Below are positions 26,726 through 35,687 of a stretch of DNA of 53,960 nt, in pieces; position 1 is the stretch's first letter, and each line of letters starts with the position of its first letter. The stretch is from a virus (Duplodnaviria > Caudoviricetes), in IMG/VR virus record IMGVR_UViG_3300042464_000289, positions 1 through 53,960 of that record. One strand, written 5' to 3'. A program made the translations under genes and the position numbers. A model generated the notes under the pieces. It did no database searches and was not told the DNA's origin. It saw only the letters and a list, made by a program, of their open reading frames with translations.

Positions 26726-27155
26726 GAAGTGCTGGTCTGCCTTTTTCAAAGGCCTCTGACTGGTGCGGCAGAGTCAGGGCCTGCATTACGGAAGGACGAA
26801 AACAGCGCGGGTAAGCAGACTGTAGAATATCAGACTCTAACCACTGGTCTACCTGTTCGCGCTGGTGCGCCCTGTACTCGCTACGGAAGGTAGCAGTGTT
26901 CAGGAGACCTAACACTGCGTACAGGTCTACAGAGCCTTCTAGCTCTAGGAGCAGCGTATAGAGCGCTCTGGAGATTGTAGGCGGTACTCTGTGAAACAGG
27001 AACAGGCGCTTAACCTTCGCTAGCTCACCCTCTACCAGTTCTCCTAGGTCTAGAGCCTCTGGTAGCCAGTCTGGAACAAACAGGCTTAGCCTTTCACAGG
27101 CAACAGGCTTAGCGTCTGCAAGGTGTCTTGATAATCCGTAAAAGGTCTTAGGCAT
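26718..27155 (-). CDS. Hypothetical protein
   Basis: 145 aa, coupled to upstream gene. Confidence 0.6.
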   Translation of the reverse strand: MPKTFYGLSRHLADAKPVACERLSLFVPDWLPEALDLGELVEGELAKVKRLFLFHRVPPTISRALYTLLLELEGSVDLYAVLGLLNTATFRSEYRAHQREQVDQWLESDILQSAYPRCFRPSVMQALTLPHQSEAFEKGRPALQK

Positions 27156-27552
27156 TGTACGCCCTTTCTGCTGCGCGGAACCTGCGCTGAAACAATTCGT
27201 TAGCCACTATGGCTAACTGTACTTCGTCACGTTGTACGGGTGATAGTTTGCATAACCTGTAATGCTCTACCTCTAGTTCCTCTGTAGGCATGTCTGTAGA
27301 TTCGTGGGACCATTTAACAGCCCTTAGCCCTGTACGCTTCTTTCTGCCTTCCAGGTGGTAAGGTGACATAGTGCCAAACGGTAGCAGGGCTACTATAGAC
27401 TGTAGCAGGCATGGAGGTAGGTCCTCCTGCTTAACGCTGCCGATGTAATGTGCGTGCGCTAACTCCATTAGCACCATTTGAAAGCCTAGGAAGCTTATTT
27501 CCTGGCCGTCTTCCGTTACCATGCCTATCGAGCTAATTTCGTCTAGTCTCAT
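27148..27552 (-). CDS. Hypothetical early protein
   Basis: Preceded by the AACGTTTGCTAAGGACACAGG leader. Confidence 0.7.
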   Translation of the reverse strand: MRLDEISSIGMVTEDGQEISFLGFQMVLMELAHAHYIGSVKQEDLPPCLLQSIVALLPFGTMSPYHLEGRKKRTGLRAVKWSHESTDMPTEELEVEHYRLCKLSPVQRDEVQLAIVANELFQRRFRAAERAYNA

Positions 27553-27588
27553 TGTTCCTGTGTCCTTAGCAAACGTTACAGGGAAAGA

Positions 27589-27613
27589 AGGCTAGCCTAG
27601 CGTAGGCTAGCCT
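27589..27613 (-). terminator. Hairpin terminator candidate
   Basis: aggctagccta-gcg-taggctagcct; TCTTT follows on the minus strand. Confidence 0.55.
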
Positions 27614-27627
27614 GTGTGCGGTATGTT

Positions 27628-27957
27628 CTAGAATGGTACTTCGTTAGACTGCGCCGCTAGTTTGCGTTCTAGTCTAAGGGCCTTAAGCGCTCTGAAGGAC
27701 CTAGCAGCTACTACTGCCTTAATACGCTTAACGAAGTTAGCAGGGCCTGTAACCATACAGCCTAGCTCTGTTTCGTCGTTATCGTTTCGGCGCTGGCAGT
27801 CTGCTATAGCTGCCTCTACTGTGTCAAACGTTGCACAGACTGCAGTATAGTAGCTGTTACGGGTTACCATGTCGCCCTCTACAATCACGGTAGTCTGAAC
27901 ATCAAACTTACCAGACTTGCTAGGCTTTGTGATAAGTAGAATGGATTCTGTTAGCAT
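27628..27957 (-). CDS. Hypothetical early protein
   Basis: Preceded by the AACGTTCTAAAGGACACAGG leader and a promoter. Confidence 0.7.
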   Translation of the reverse strand: MLTESILLITKPSKSGKFDVQTTVIVEGDMVTRNSYYTAVCATFDTVEAAIADCQRRNDNDETELGCMVTGPANFVKRIKAVVAARSFRALKALRLERKLAAQSNEVPF

Positions 27958-28025
27958 TGTCCTGTGTCCTTTAGAACGTTGTCAGGTGTTAGGCTCTAGC
28001 GTTTTGCGTTGGCCTTGTGTGGTGA

Positions 28026-28053
28026 AGTCTAGAGTATGTTTCGACCATTGCAA
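28026..28053 (-). promoter_or_regulatory. Sigma70-like promoter
   Basis: TTGCAA-N16-TAGACT with upstream AT-rich tract. Confidence 0.6.
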
Positions 28054-28096
28054 GGCCTAGCCTCTAGTTTTCTCGAAAGATTTTCGGCAGTTTGTG

Positions 28097-28462
28097 CTAA
28101 GTCCTTACAGGGCCTAGGGTTAGAGCAGGGCGAAAATCTTTCAACACTATCTCACCTACTGCGTTTCTCTGTACTTCTGAACAGGCTACTAGCGCTCCTT
28201 TAACCTTATAGTCTAGTACCCAATAACCTACGCAGGCTCTAGGAGCTACAGAACAGCCTAGCAGCGTAGCTAGCCTAGCAGGGTTAGCAGGGTAGATGCC
28301 GTGCAATTGTCTGTGCGCTATGTTCTCTATGTGGTCAGGCCTGAACAGCAGGAAGGGAAAGCCTGAGGGCAGGCAGACCAGGCCAGAGTAGTCTGACCTT
28401 ATGCCCTTAGTGGTGTACCCTAGTACACTAGCTAGGCTAAGTTTGATGCGTGCAATTGCCAT
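28097..28462 (-). CDS. Hypothetical protein (uncertain)
   Basis: 121 aa ORF whose ATG lies inside the sigma54-like motif. Confidence 0.4.
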   Translation of the reverse strand: MAIARIKLSLASVLGYTTKGIRSDYSGLVCLPSGFPFLLFRPDHIENIAHRQLHGIYPANPARLATLLGCSVAPRACVGYWVLDYKVKGALVACSEVQRNAVGEIVLKDFRPALTLGPVRT

Positions 28463-28518
28463 GCCAAAGCGCTCTTTAGCCTCTAGTGTACATTTGCTTT
28501 TTTACTGAATTGCGCAGG
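28451..28518 (-). promoter_or_regulatory. Composite element ending in a sigma54-like -24/-12 motif, copy B
   Basis: CCTGCGCAATT-N11-CAAATGTACACTA-N15-TTTGGCA-N6-TTGCA. Confidence 0.7.
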
Positions 28519-28622
28519 CCGCGAAGTTGTAGGCTAGTCCGATGCCTAGGACCTGTTAAGGCTCTAGTGCGTCCTACGCTATCCTAGAGCCTCTGGCGCT
28601 ACAGGGTTAACCTATGTACAGG

Positions 28623-29522
28623 TTACTGCAGTCTTCCCTGCTTTCGAAGTTCTGACCTGTACAGGTTAATTTGGTCGCAGCAGCTTTTGTATGCGCTGCC
28701 TGCCTTCATAGTGGGGAAGTACTTTTGAGTACATAGCCAGTAGCTACCCTTAGACCACCCGTTAAGAAGGCCGTAGGTAAACAGGCTACGTAGGCTCTGC
28801 GTAACTGCTGCAGGTAACGCTGCTACCTGCTCTGCTGTAAGGTCTGTAGCTGCCTGCGTTGCAACAACAGCAGGCGCTGCACTGGTAGATACTGCCTTAG
28901 GCTTAGCAGTAACGTTAGGCACTGGTAAGGCTATAGGAACCACCCTTACAACAACAGGACGAACAACAGCAACAACAGGAGCAGCAACAACAGGAGCAGG
29001 AGCAGGCGGAACCTCTACCACTGCTTCGACAACAGGAGCAGGCGGAACCTCTACCACTGCCTCTACCACTGCTTCGACAACAGGAGCAGGCGGAACCTCT
29101 ACCACTGCCTCTACCACTGCTTCGACAACAGGAGGAGGCGGAACCTCTACCACTGCCTCTACCACTGCTTCGACAACAGGCGGAACAGTGACAACAACAG
29201 GCGGAACAGGTACAACAGGCGGCGCTGTAGCAGGTACACTAGGCGCTGCTGCCTGTTCCTGTAGTATGCTGCCAGTCTTTCGGACTAACAGGCTAGGGGC
29301 AATTGATAGCGGTACTGTGGCGCCTTCGAATAGGACCTCTACCGCCTTAGCTGAACCGTGATTTACTTTCCATACTACTGTACCGCTAGCGTCGTCTGTC
29401 TCAAAAGTGTCGCCAGGCTCTAAGGTAATCAGGGATACGCAGGAGGCGTTAACCTCTGTGCGCGTTACCATGTCTTCCTCTGTTAGCTGTTCTGTCTGTG
29501 TCTGTGCCGTTACTGTTGACAT
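28623..29522 (-). CDS. Two-domain protein with Val/Pro/Glu/Ala repeat linker
   Basis: VVEAVVEAVVEVPP(A/P)P tandem repeats (48 nt units, ~29005-29185). Confidence 0.8.
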   Translation of the reverse strand: MSTVTAQTQTEQLTEEDMVTRTEVNASCVSLITLEPGDTFETDDASGTVVWKVNHGSAKAVEVLFEGATVPLSIAPSLLVRKTGSILQEQAAAPSVPATAPPVVPVPPVVVTVPPVVEAVVEAVVEVPPPPVVEAVVEAVVEVPPAPVVEAVVEAVVEVPPAPVVEAVVEVPPAPAPVVAAPVVAVVRPVVVRVVPIALPVPNVTAKPKAVSTSAAPAVVATQAATDLTAEQVAALPAAVTQSLRSLFTYGLLNGWSKGSYWLCTQKYFPTMKAGSAYKSCCDQINLYRSELRKQGRLQ

Positions 29523-29567
29523 TGCGGTTAGCCTTTGTAAGTGTGTGCTGTAGTGCCTCTGTCTAGA

Positions 29568-29612
29568 TGTACCTGGCAGCTAGTGTTGAACGGGAAAGAA
29601 TTTTCAAGATTT
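29568..29612 (-). promoter_or_regulatory. CCAGGTACA-type putative phage promoter
   Basis: GTTCAAC-N8-CCAGGTACA with upstream AT-rich tract. Confidence 0.6.
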
Positions 29613-31577
29613 TCCGCGCTTGTGCCAGTCCGAGCGCTCTAGGGGGTACTTAGCCTCTACCTTAGAGGCCTTAAGCCAGGATTCTCTAGAAGTACCGTAG
29701 CTGCAGCGTACAGGCACACTGAACTGCACTAGAGGTTCAGGTTTCTCCATGATAGCCAGAACTTCTCTAAGGAATCCTTCAGACTCTATAACCTCTATAG
29801 GTCCCTGGAATAAAATTTCATCATGGACGATAGCGACAATAGATACACCACATGAGGCACAGACAGGGGCTAGCCTTATTATAGCCTCCTTAATGAAGTC
29901 TGCAGCAGTACCCTGGCAGGCGCTGTTGAATGCAATGTGGGACCTTTCCTTAGACAGGTGTCTTCGTCTCTTATACAGGTTCTTAATGTAGCCCTGCCCT
30001 AGCGCTGCCTCTGTAGCCTGGTACGTTGTACGTTTAAGGTTAGGTAAGGTCCTGTGGTAAGTATCGTAGATACCTTCTGCAAGCTTACGCGCCTTATCCT
30101 TAAAGTGCTTTTCACATAGCTCATAGCTAACCCCGTTAGCCGCCATTATATCCACTTCTGCCTTAATGCTGCCTACTAGGTCAGGGTCCTTCATAAGAGC
30201 TTTAATCAACGTTTCTTTACCCCCACCGTAACCCATTAGGAAGTTTACAGTCTTAGCAGGCTTACGCGCTATGTGTGCTAAGTCTGCTACCCACTGGTGG
30301 AAGTCTGTGTCAGGATTTTCGTTGTATGCCTTCAGCGCTCTAGCGTCTCTAATGAAGTGCGCGATACCTCTAAACTCAATTTGACTCTGGTCTACTGATA
30401 GAAAAGCCTGGCCTGCCTTAGGCTCTACTAGGCTTTTAGCTACTGCGTCTAGCTGCTGTGTGTTAGGTTGCTTGCAGGCCATACGGCCCGTTCTGATTAG
30501 CTGCGTATAGCTTGCATGTATTCGCCCGTTTACATGGTGGCTAGCGTAAGGCTTAAGAAAGCCAGAGTAAAACTTATCTAGCTTTCTAATCTTGATAACC
30601 TCAGACACTACCTCTATAGGCGCCTTAGGATGTACTAGATATTCTGCTAGCGCCTCCTTACCGAAAGACGGGTTACTAGGCTTTTCGTCGTCGTCTTCGT
30701 TAGTCCATTTCAGAACAGGCAGGCCTAGCCTGTTACAAAATAGTTCGTTCATGCACTTAGGGCTAGAAGGTGTAAAGCCTGGATAGCCTACCTTCTGCGT
30801 AAGTGCGTCTAGGCGCATAGTAATTTCTAAGCCTGTTGTGTACTGCTGTACCTTCAGCTTATGAGGGTCTACAGTAAGGCCTTCCTGCTCTGCATTGAAC
30901 AGTGCAAGCGTTACAGCCCTCTCCATTTTGCGGACTGTATCTAATTCAGCAGGCAGGCTCTTAGATATGCTTTCCCATACCTCTCTAACAGCTATAACGT
31001 CCTCTGCAGCGTAGGGCGCCATAACGTCAACAGGAATTCTACCGTAGTCTTGATTGTCTACCTTGTAAGGCTTTAGCGCGTCTTCTAGTGGCGATATATC
31101 CACGCCCCTGAATTCATTACTAAGCGCCGTCAGGTCATACTGCATTTTGTCGGTGTTCTGTACCTTAGCTAAGGTTAGAAGACACTCTACAGCGCAGTCA
31201 GGAATCCAGCCTAGGTCATTATAAAGCGCGTGCAGGTCGTACTTTATATTCTGGTTAACCCATAAGAGCCAGGTAGACGTTATACTCTTAAGCGCTTCTA
31301 AGACTCTGCGCTTATCTAAATTATGTTTAGCAAATAACGTTACTTCGTGTCCTACAGGAATGTAGTACGCAGGACGGTCTCCCTCTACAGTTATAGCTAT
31401 TCCTGCTAGGCTGCAGTCTCTATGAGGGTTTAAGCTTTTCTTAGTCTTATCACCTGAAGTAGTTTCTAAGTCTAGAAAGCCTGTAGTAGCACCTGCTAGA
31501 ACTCTTACCACTTCGTCTAGGTCTTCGTAGGTTTCTACTAGATACCTAGGCGCTGTATACTGCCCTGCGTACTTCAT
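29604..31577 (-). CDS. polA: DNA polymerase family A with 3'-5' exonuclease
   Basis: Exo DLET / NIKYD / YAAED; RTGRMAC..PNTQQL; motif A DQSQIEFR, motif B RKPAKTVNFLMGYG, motif C VHDE. Confidence 0.95.
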   Translation of the reverse strand: MKYAGQYTAPRYLVETYEDLDEVVRVLAGATTGFLDLETTSGDKTKKSLNPHRDCSLAGIAITVEGDRPAYYIPVGHEVTLFAKHNLDKRRVLEALKSITSTWLLWVNQNIKYDLHALYNDLGWIPDCAVECLLTLAKVQNTDKMQYDLTALSNEFRGVDISPLEDALKPYKVDNQDYGRIPVDVMAPYAAEDVIAVREVWESISKSLPAELDTVRKMERAVTLALFNAEQEGLTVDPHKLKVQQYTTGLEITMRLDALTQKVGYPGFTPSSPKCMNELFCNRLGLPVLKWTNEDDDEKPSNPSFGKEALAEYLVHPKAPIEVVSEVIKIRKLDKFYSGFLKPYASHHVNGRIHASYTQLIRTGRMACKQPNTQQLDAVAKSLVEPKAGQAFLSVDQSQIEFRGIAHFIRDARALKAYNENPDTDFHQWVADLAHIARKPAKTVNFLMGYGGGKETLIKALMKDPDLVGSIKAEVDIMAANGVSYELCEKHFKDKARKLAEGIYDTYHRTLPNLKRTTYQATEAALGQGYIKNLYKRRRHLSKERSHIAFNSACQGTAADFIKEAIIRLAPVCASCGVSIVAIVHDEILFQGPIEVIESEGFLREVLAIMEKPEPLVQFSVPVRCSYGTSRESWLKASKVEAKYPLERSDWHKRGKS

Positions 31578-31581
31578 AACA

Positions 31582-31848
31582 TTAACCCTGGGAGTTTATT
31601 TTGTTTTGATTATGTTTCTGAATATCTAGGAACCTCCTAGATACTTCATCACTAAATCCGTTATAGCCTTTGCGTTTAGCTATGGCCATTATTGTTATGT
31701 ACTGCGTTAGCAGTAGTTCAGGAGTAAGCTCTGCTTCTGCAGCGCCTGCACTTACCTCTGCAGCTATGTCTTCAGATGCAGTAGCTATTACATCGCACAT
31801 ATCCTGCTGTAACTTAATTACGCTAGAACTCATTTGGGCCGTCCTCAA
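31582..31848 (-). CDS. Small hypothetical protein
   Basis: Between helicase and polymerase; likely start MSSSVIK. Confidence 0.55.
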   Translation of the reverse strand: MRTAQMSSSVIKLQQDMCDVIATASEDIAAEVSAGAAEAELTPELLLTQYITIMAIAKRKGYNGFSDEVSRRFLDIQKHNQNKINSQG

Positions 31849-34699
31849 AAGTACCTGGAACGCAGGCCCTTAGGAACTCCCTAAGGGCGCCTGTAACTAT
31901 CATAGACGAAGACTTAAACTCTATGCCGCCTGCGCGTGTTAGCACTCCTAGTAATGATCTAACGCTGTCCGGCGGTATGTTTCCTACATAGCCTAACTCT
32001 TCCTTGTTTACGAAGGTCCTAGCGCTTAGATAGTCTGCTATAGACTTAGCGAAAGGCTGAGTCTGTATAGCCTTTAGTACTAGCTCGCGCTTCTCATCTG
32101 TAAAAGCGCTTAGGGCCTTCTGCTTATCAGAGAAGGCCTTGTATCCCATAGCGTTACCATCGTAGATAGTACGTAACATGTTAGCAGCGCACTTAACGTG
32201 CCTAGGCTGCACGTCTACAGATTCCCCGTCCCTAGTGCTGTAGGTTCTACATGCAATAGCTGCGGCTATTCTTGCAAGCTTAAGTCGTATAGTGCCCCTA
32301 TCTACTATAGGTACTGTGTCTGAGTACCTAGCTGCTAGTTCCTGCGCTTCTGAGAATACTACATCCTTAACCACACTGGTTAGCGTTACCTGCTCTGCTG
32401 TTCTAGTCCATGCCCACGATGCAAGCTTGTGGCACACATTAGACTTCAACAGGTTAGGTACGTTAGGCCTGTCTACAGAATGTACTACGTCCCCGTCTAA
32501 GTCATCTGCGCTGATAGCGTAGCACATGTCAAAACGTCTCACGTCTTCAGGATTACCTATTAGCTCTAGTACTGCGTCTACACCGCTACCGTAGGTACGA
32601 AGGAATCTATCGCTTCTAGTGTTGCTTAGAGCTATTACCCTAGGGCGTGCCGCCTTAGTACCTGCTCTGATCTTGTTAATTCTAGCTATCCCGCTAGATC
32701 TTACTTCAGTAAGGCTAGCTATAACTTGTACTGGCGCGCGCTTCAGTTCTTCCATAATTATTAGGCCTCTGTCGTTAGCAGGCCAGGCGCCCCAGGTAAC
32801 TAGCCACATACCCGCTATCTGCTGATTACCTCCTATGAGTCCTGCCGTAGAAGTGTTAGCGCAGTCTATAAGGTGTCCTAACTTGTAGTGCTGCATAAGG
32901 GCAGTAGCTGCCTTAGACTTACCCTGCCCTGTGTCGCCTATAATCAAAGACTCTACATAGCCCTTAGTCACTGTGCCTTCCATAGTTATGTACAGAGGTG
33001 AATGATAGGTCATATCTATCACTCTATGAAGGTAAGGGCGTCTGTATATCTTTGTAACGTTGCACGCTAGGTCTAACTCTATCTCTGCTAGCTTACGCTC
33101 TAAGGCCTCTAAGCTTTCCCCTTCTGGTTGAAATATCTGTAAGTCTGTAGGGTCTGATATCTCTACAGAGTCTAGCGCGTCTGTTAGCCTCTCTGCCTCT
33201 ACCGCTATTAGTACAGTTTCCTGCGTGTCAGGTGAAGGCTGAGAACGTACACTAAAACGGTAGCCTGTGTTAAGCTCTATACCGTCTCCTACTGCCAGTA
33301 CTTTCTGCACTGCCCTGGAATCAGAGTCTGTAGTAGCTTGTAGGCCTATAGGTTGAGAGATAGCAGCTAACTCTGCGCTAACCCTCTCTTCTATAATCAG
33401 AGTGTTATTCTTGCAGGCAGTTGGTATGCCTATTATGTCTGATCGTATGCGCTTACCTAGTACTGCGTCTGTAGCGTCGCACATTGCAATCAGCGAAGGA
33501 TGTTCTAAAGGCACTGCAAACTGCGGGTTAGTTTTCCTTCCGTACACATTGCAGTGCAGACAATGTTCTGTGTCCATGTTACAGCTAACGCGCACTGTCT
33601 TAGGCAGACTGAACCTTTCTTCTGATACACCTATTACCATGCCGTCTACCATAGACCTTCTGCCTATGTTCTTAGCTGCTATAGCTCCTGATATTGTCCT
33701 CGCTTCGTAGTCACCTGTTTCTAGTTCCTCTAGATTATTGGACTGCGTAGGAGTGTACTCTACAGAGTTATCCTGTAGCGCTGCGTACAGGCTCTTACCT
33801 TCGATAGCTACTAGGTCGTTAATGTCTCCCTTAGGATGTTTAACAGGGTCTAAGGGAAGGTTAACCACATAAACTAGGGAGGCAGTTTTATACAGGAGCT
33901 TAGCAAGCTTCTTAGCTGCCTTACGTCCGCCTTCGTCTATGTCCATTATGACATACAGAACCTTACCCTTAAGGTACGGTTCAAATTCTTTGTCCCATGT
34001 ACCTTCTGAACCTGTAACACAGACTGCGCCTATGTTGTGCTTATTAAGTTCCTGCTGCGCTACTAGGGCCTTAGTTTCGCCTCCGCATATGCAGACAGTG
34101 TCGTAGGCTAACTGGTCTTGTGGGAATAGCTTAGGCTTAGACCTGCCCTGTATATTCTTCATCTTCTCAGGGCCTGGAGCGTTAGGAAGATACTTCCTAA
34201 CATTCACAAAGGCAGTGCCTGAAACGTTTAGAATAGGTAGCCAGATTCTACCTCCATCATAGCCAATTTTATACTTCTCTACGGTAGCTAACGTAACGCC
34301 CTTTGCAAGGAAGGCAGTTATTATAGGGTTAGCTAGAAACGTAGTGAAGTTTAAGTGAGCAGCTAGGATAGGGTCAGTAGCTAGTGGCGCTTCCCCTTCA
34401 GGGGCTAGCCTGTACTTACGGACTAGGAGCGCTTCCATAGTCTCCCTAGTACAGGCCTTAGAGGTTACTACCTCTGTTATCCTAGCTAAGAACGCTAGCC
34501 AGTCTACGCGCCTGCCACAAGCTGCGCTCCTACATTCAAAGCGCTGAGAGGTAGTGTATAGCGTAGCACTAGGCTTAGTGTCTTCATGGAACGGGCAACA
34601 TACTCGGAAAGTATCTTCCCCGCTAGCTTCTAGTTTGTGTGTCTTTATCGCACCTAACTCTTCTAAGTAGGTGATAAGGACAGGTGTAGGAATATCCAT
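31823..34699 (-). CDS. CHC2 zinc finger-TOPRIM primase fused to MCM-type AAA+ helicase
   Basis: CCPFHEDTKPS; DIDEGG; Walker A GDTGQGKS; TSTAGLIGG; GAWPANDRGLIIMEEL; RRFD arginine finger. Confidence 0.85.
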   Translation of the reverse strand: MDIPTPVLITYLEELGAIKTHKLEASGEDTFRVCCPFHEDTKPSATLYTTSQRFECRSAACGRRVDWLAFLARITEVVTSKACTRETMEALLVRKYRLAPEGEAPLATDPILAAHLNFTTFLANPIITAFLAKGVTLATVEKYKIGYDGGRIWLPILNVSGTAFVNVRKYLPNAPGPEKMKNIQGRSKPKLFPQDQLAYDTVCICGGETKALVAQQELNKHNIGAVCVTGSEGTWDKEFEPYLKGKVLYVIMDIDEGGRKAAKKLAKLLYKTASLVYVVNLPLDPVKHPKGDINDLVAIEGKSLYAALQDNSVEYTPTQSNNLEELETGDYEARTISGAIAAKNIGRRSMVDGMVIGVSEERFSLPKTVRVSCNMDTEHCLHCNVYGRKTNPQFAVPLEHPSLIAMCDATDAVLGKRIRSDIIGIPTACKNNTLIIEERVSAELAAISQPIGLQATTDSDSRAVQKVLAVGDGIELNTGYRFSVRSQPSPDTQETVLIAVEAERLTDALDSVEISDPTDLQIFQPEGESLEALERKLAEIELDLACNVTKIYRRPYLHRVIDMTYHSPLYITMEGTVTKGYVESLIIGDTGQGKSKAATALMQHYKLGHLIDCANTSTAGLIGGNQQIAGMWLVTWGAWPANDRGLIIMEELKRAPVQVIASLTEVRSSGIARINKIRAGTKAARPRVIALSNTRSDRFLRTYGSGVDAVLELIGNPEDVRRFDMCYAISADDLDGDVVHSVDRPNVPNLLKSNVCHKLASWAWTRTAEQVTLTSVVKDVVFSEAQELAARYSDTVPIVDRGTIRLKLARIAAAIACRTYSTRDGESVDVQPRHVKCAANMLRTIYDGNAMGYKAFSDKQKALSAFTDEKRELVLKAIQTQPFAKSIADYLSARTFVNKEELGYVGNIPPDSVRSLLGVLTRAGGIEFKSSSMIVTGALREFLRACVPGTFEDGPNEF

Positions 34700-34776
34700 A
34701 GAAAGCCTTAACGCCTGCAGGGCGCTCCTGCAGGCGTTTATTGAGAAGGTAAGGCTATGCAGGCTACATGCTCTGC

Positions 34777-35646
34777 TTAGTTAGCAAACTGGTTAGCTTC
34801 TACCGTCTCAGTGTCGGTAGGATCTTCATAGCTAGCATCGAGCATGTTAGATTCGAATACATCCTTCATTTTTCGATACTCTGCTGACATCATAGGCAGC
34901 ATTTCTCTAGGGGTCCATCCCTGGTTAATCAGCGCTGAGTTAGAAGGATTGAAGCCCTGCCAAACGTCCCCGCCCTGGTTAGCATGTTCTCCTACTTCCA
35001 GGCAGTAGACACCTGCGTAGATAGAACGCTGACGAAGTTCGATAAGCGTTGCAAGCTTTCGCCCGTACTTCGTCTCTGCCTTCATAAAGGTGATAAGCGC
35101 GAACAGGCCAGGCCCGTGAAGGTAGCAGATAAAGTTAAGGGCCTCTACGCAAGTTACTTTCCAGGGTTCTGTCTGCCCCTGGATCTTAGCGCCTTCCGGG
35201 TTAGGATAGGCTAGGCGGTTCTTAGCATCTCGTGCAAGCTTAGAGCGCGTGTCTGAGGTCTTCTCTCTAATAAAGAACTGACCTGACTTCCTATCGTTAA
35301 GCGCCAGGAATTCTGTCCATGAGAAGACAGGAGTAACATGTAGCGGATTAGCTGCGTCACCGATTTTGATGTTAGCAGGGCTAAGTACAATGTCTCCTAC
35401 CTGAAAGCCTAGGGCCTTAAGTTCTCTAGACATGTCCTGCACCACCTTTACGCGCGGCGGAACAGTCATCTTAGAGATAGCGTCTAAGCCTTCTACCTCT
35501 GTCTCCTCCTGCAGGTAGTCAGGAATAATCATGCCACCAGCTACAGTTGTCCTAGGAATTGCAATAGACAATTCTGTAGTAGGTCCTGCCTGCGCTGTAT
35601 GGTCTGCTACAGGTACTACGCTAGTTACTGGTACTACTTGACTCAT
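34777..35646 (-). CDS. Putative ssDNA-binding/annealing protein
   Basis: PPRVKVVQDMS motif, acidic C-terminal tail, position in replication block. Confidence 0.55.
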   Translation of the reverse strand: MSQVVPVTSVVPVADHTAQAGPTTELSIAIPRTTVAGGMIIPDYLQEETEVEGLDAISKMTVPPRVKVVQDMSRELKALGFQVGDIVLSPANIKIGDAANPLHVTPVFSWTEFLALNDRKSGQFFIREKTSDTRSKLARDAKNRLAYPNPEGAKIQGQTEPWKVTCVEALNFICYLHGPGLFALITFMKAETKYGRKLATLIELRQRSIYAGVYCLEVGEHANQGGDVWQGFNPSNSALINQGWTPREMLPMMSAEYRKMKDVFESNMLDASYEDPTDTETVEANQFAN

Positions 35647-35687
35647 TACATTACGTCCTTAGCTGAAGTTAACCTTAGGCAGTACAG

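Noticed and set aside
10252-31577. Known hypermodified-base pathway (dZ, 7-deazaguanine, hmU/hmC)
   Set aside because: No purZ, queC/D/E, folE, dpdA or thymidylate-synthase-like genes recognised; MazG-like and DUF3310-like genes alone are insufficient.
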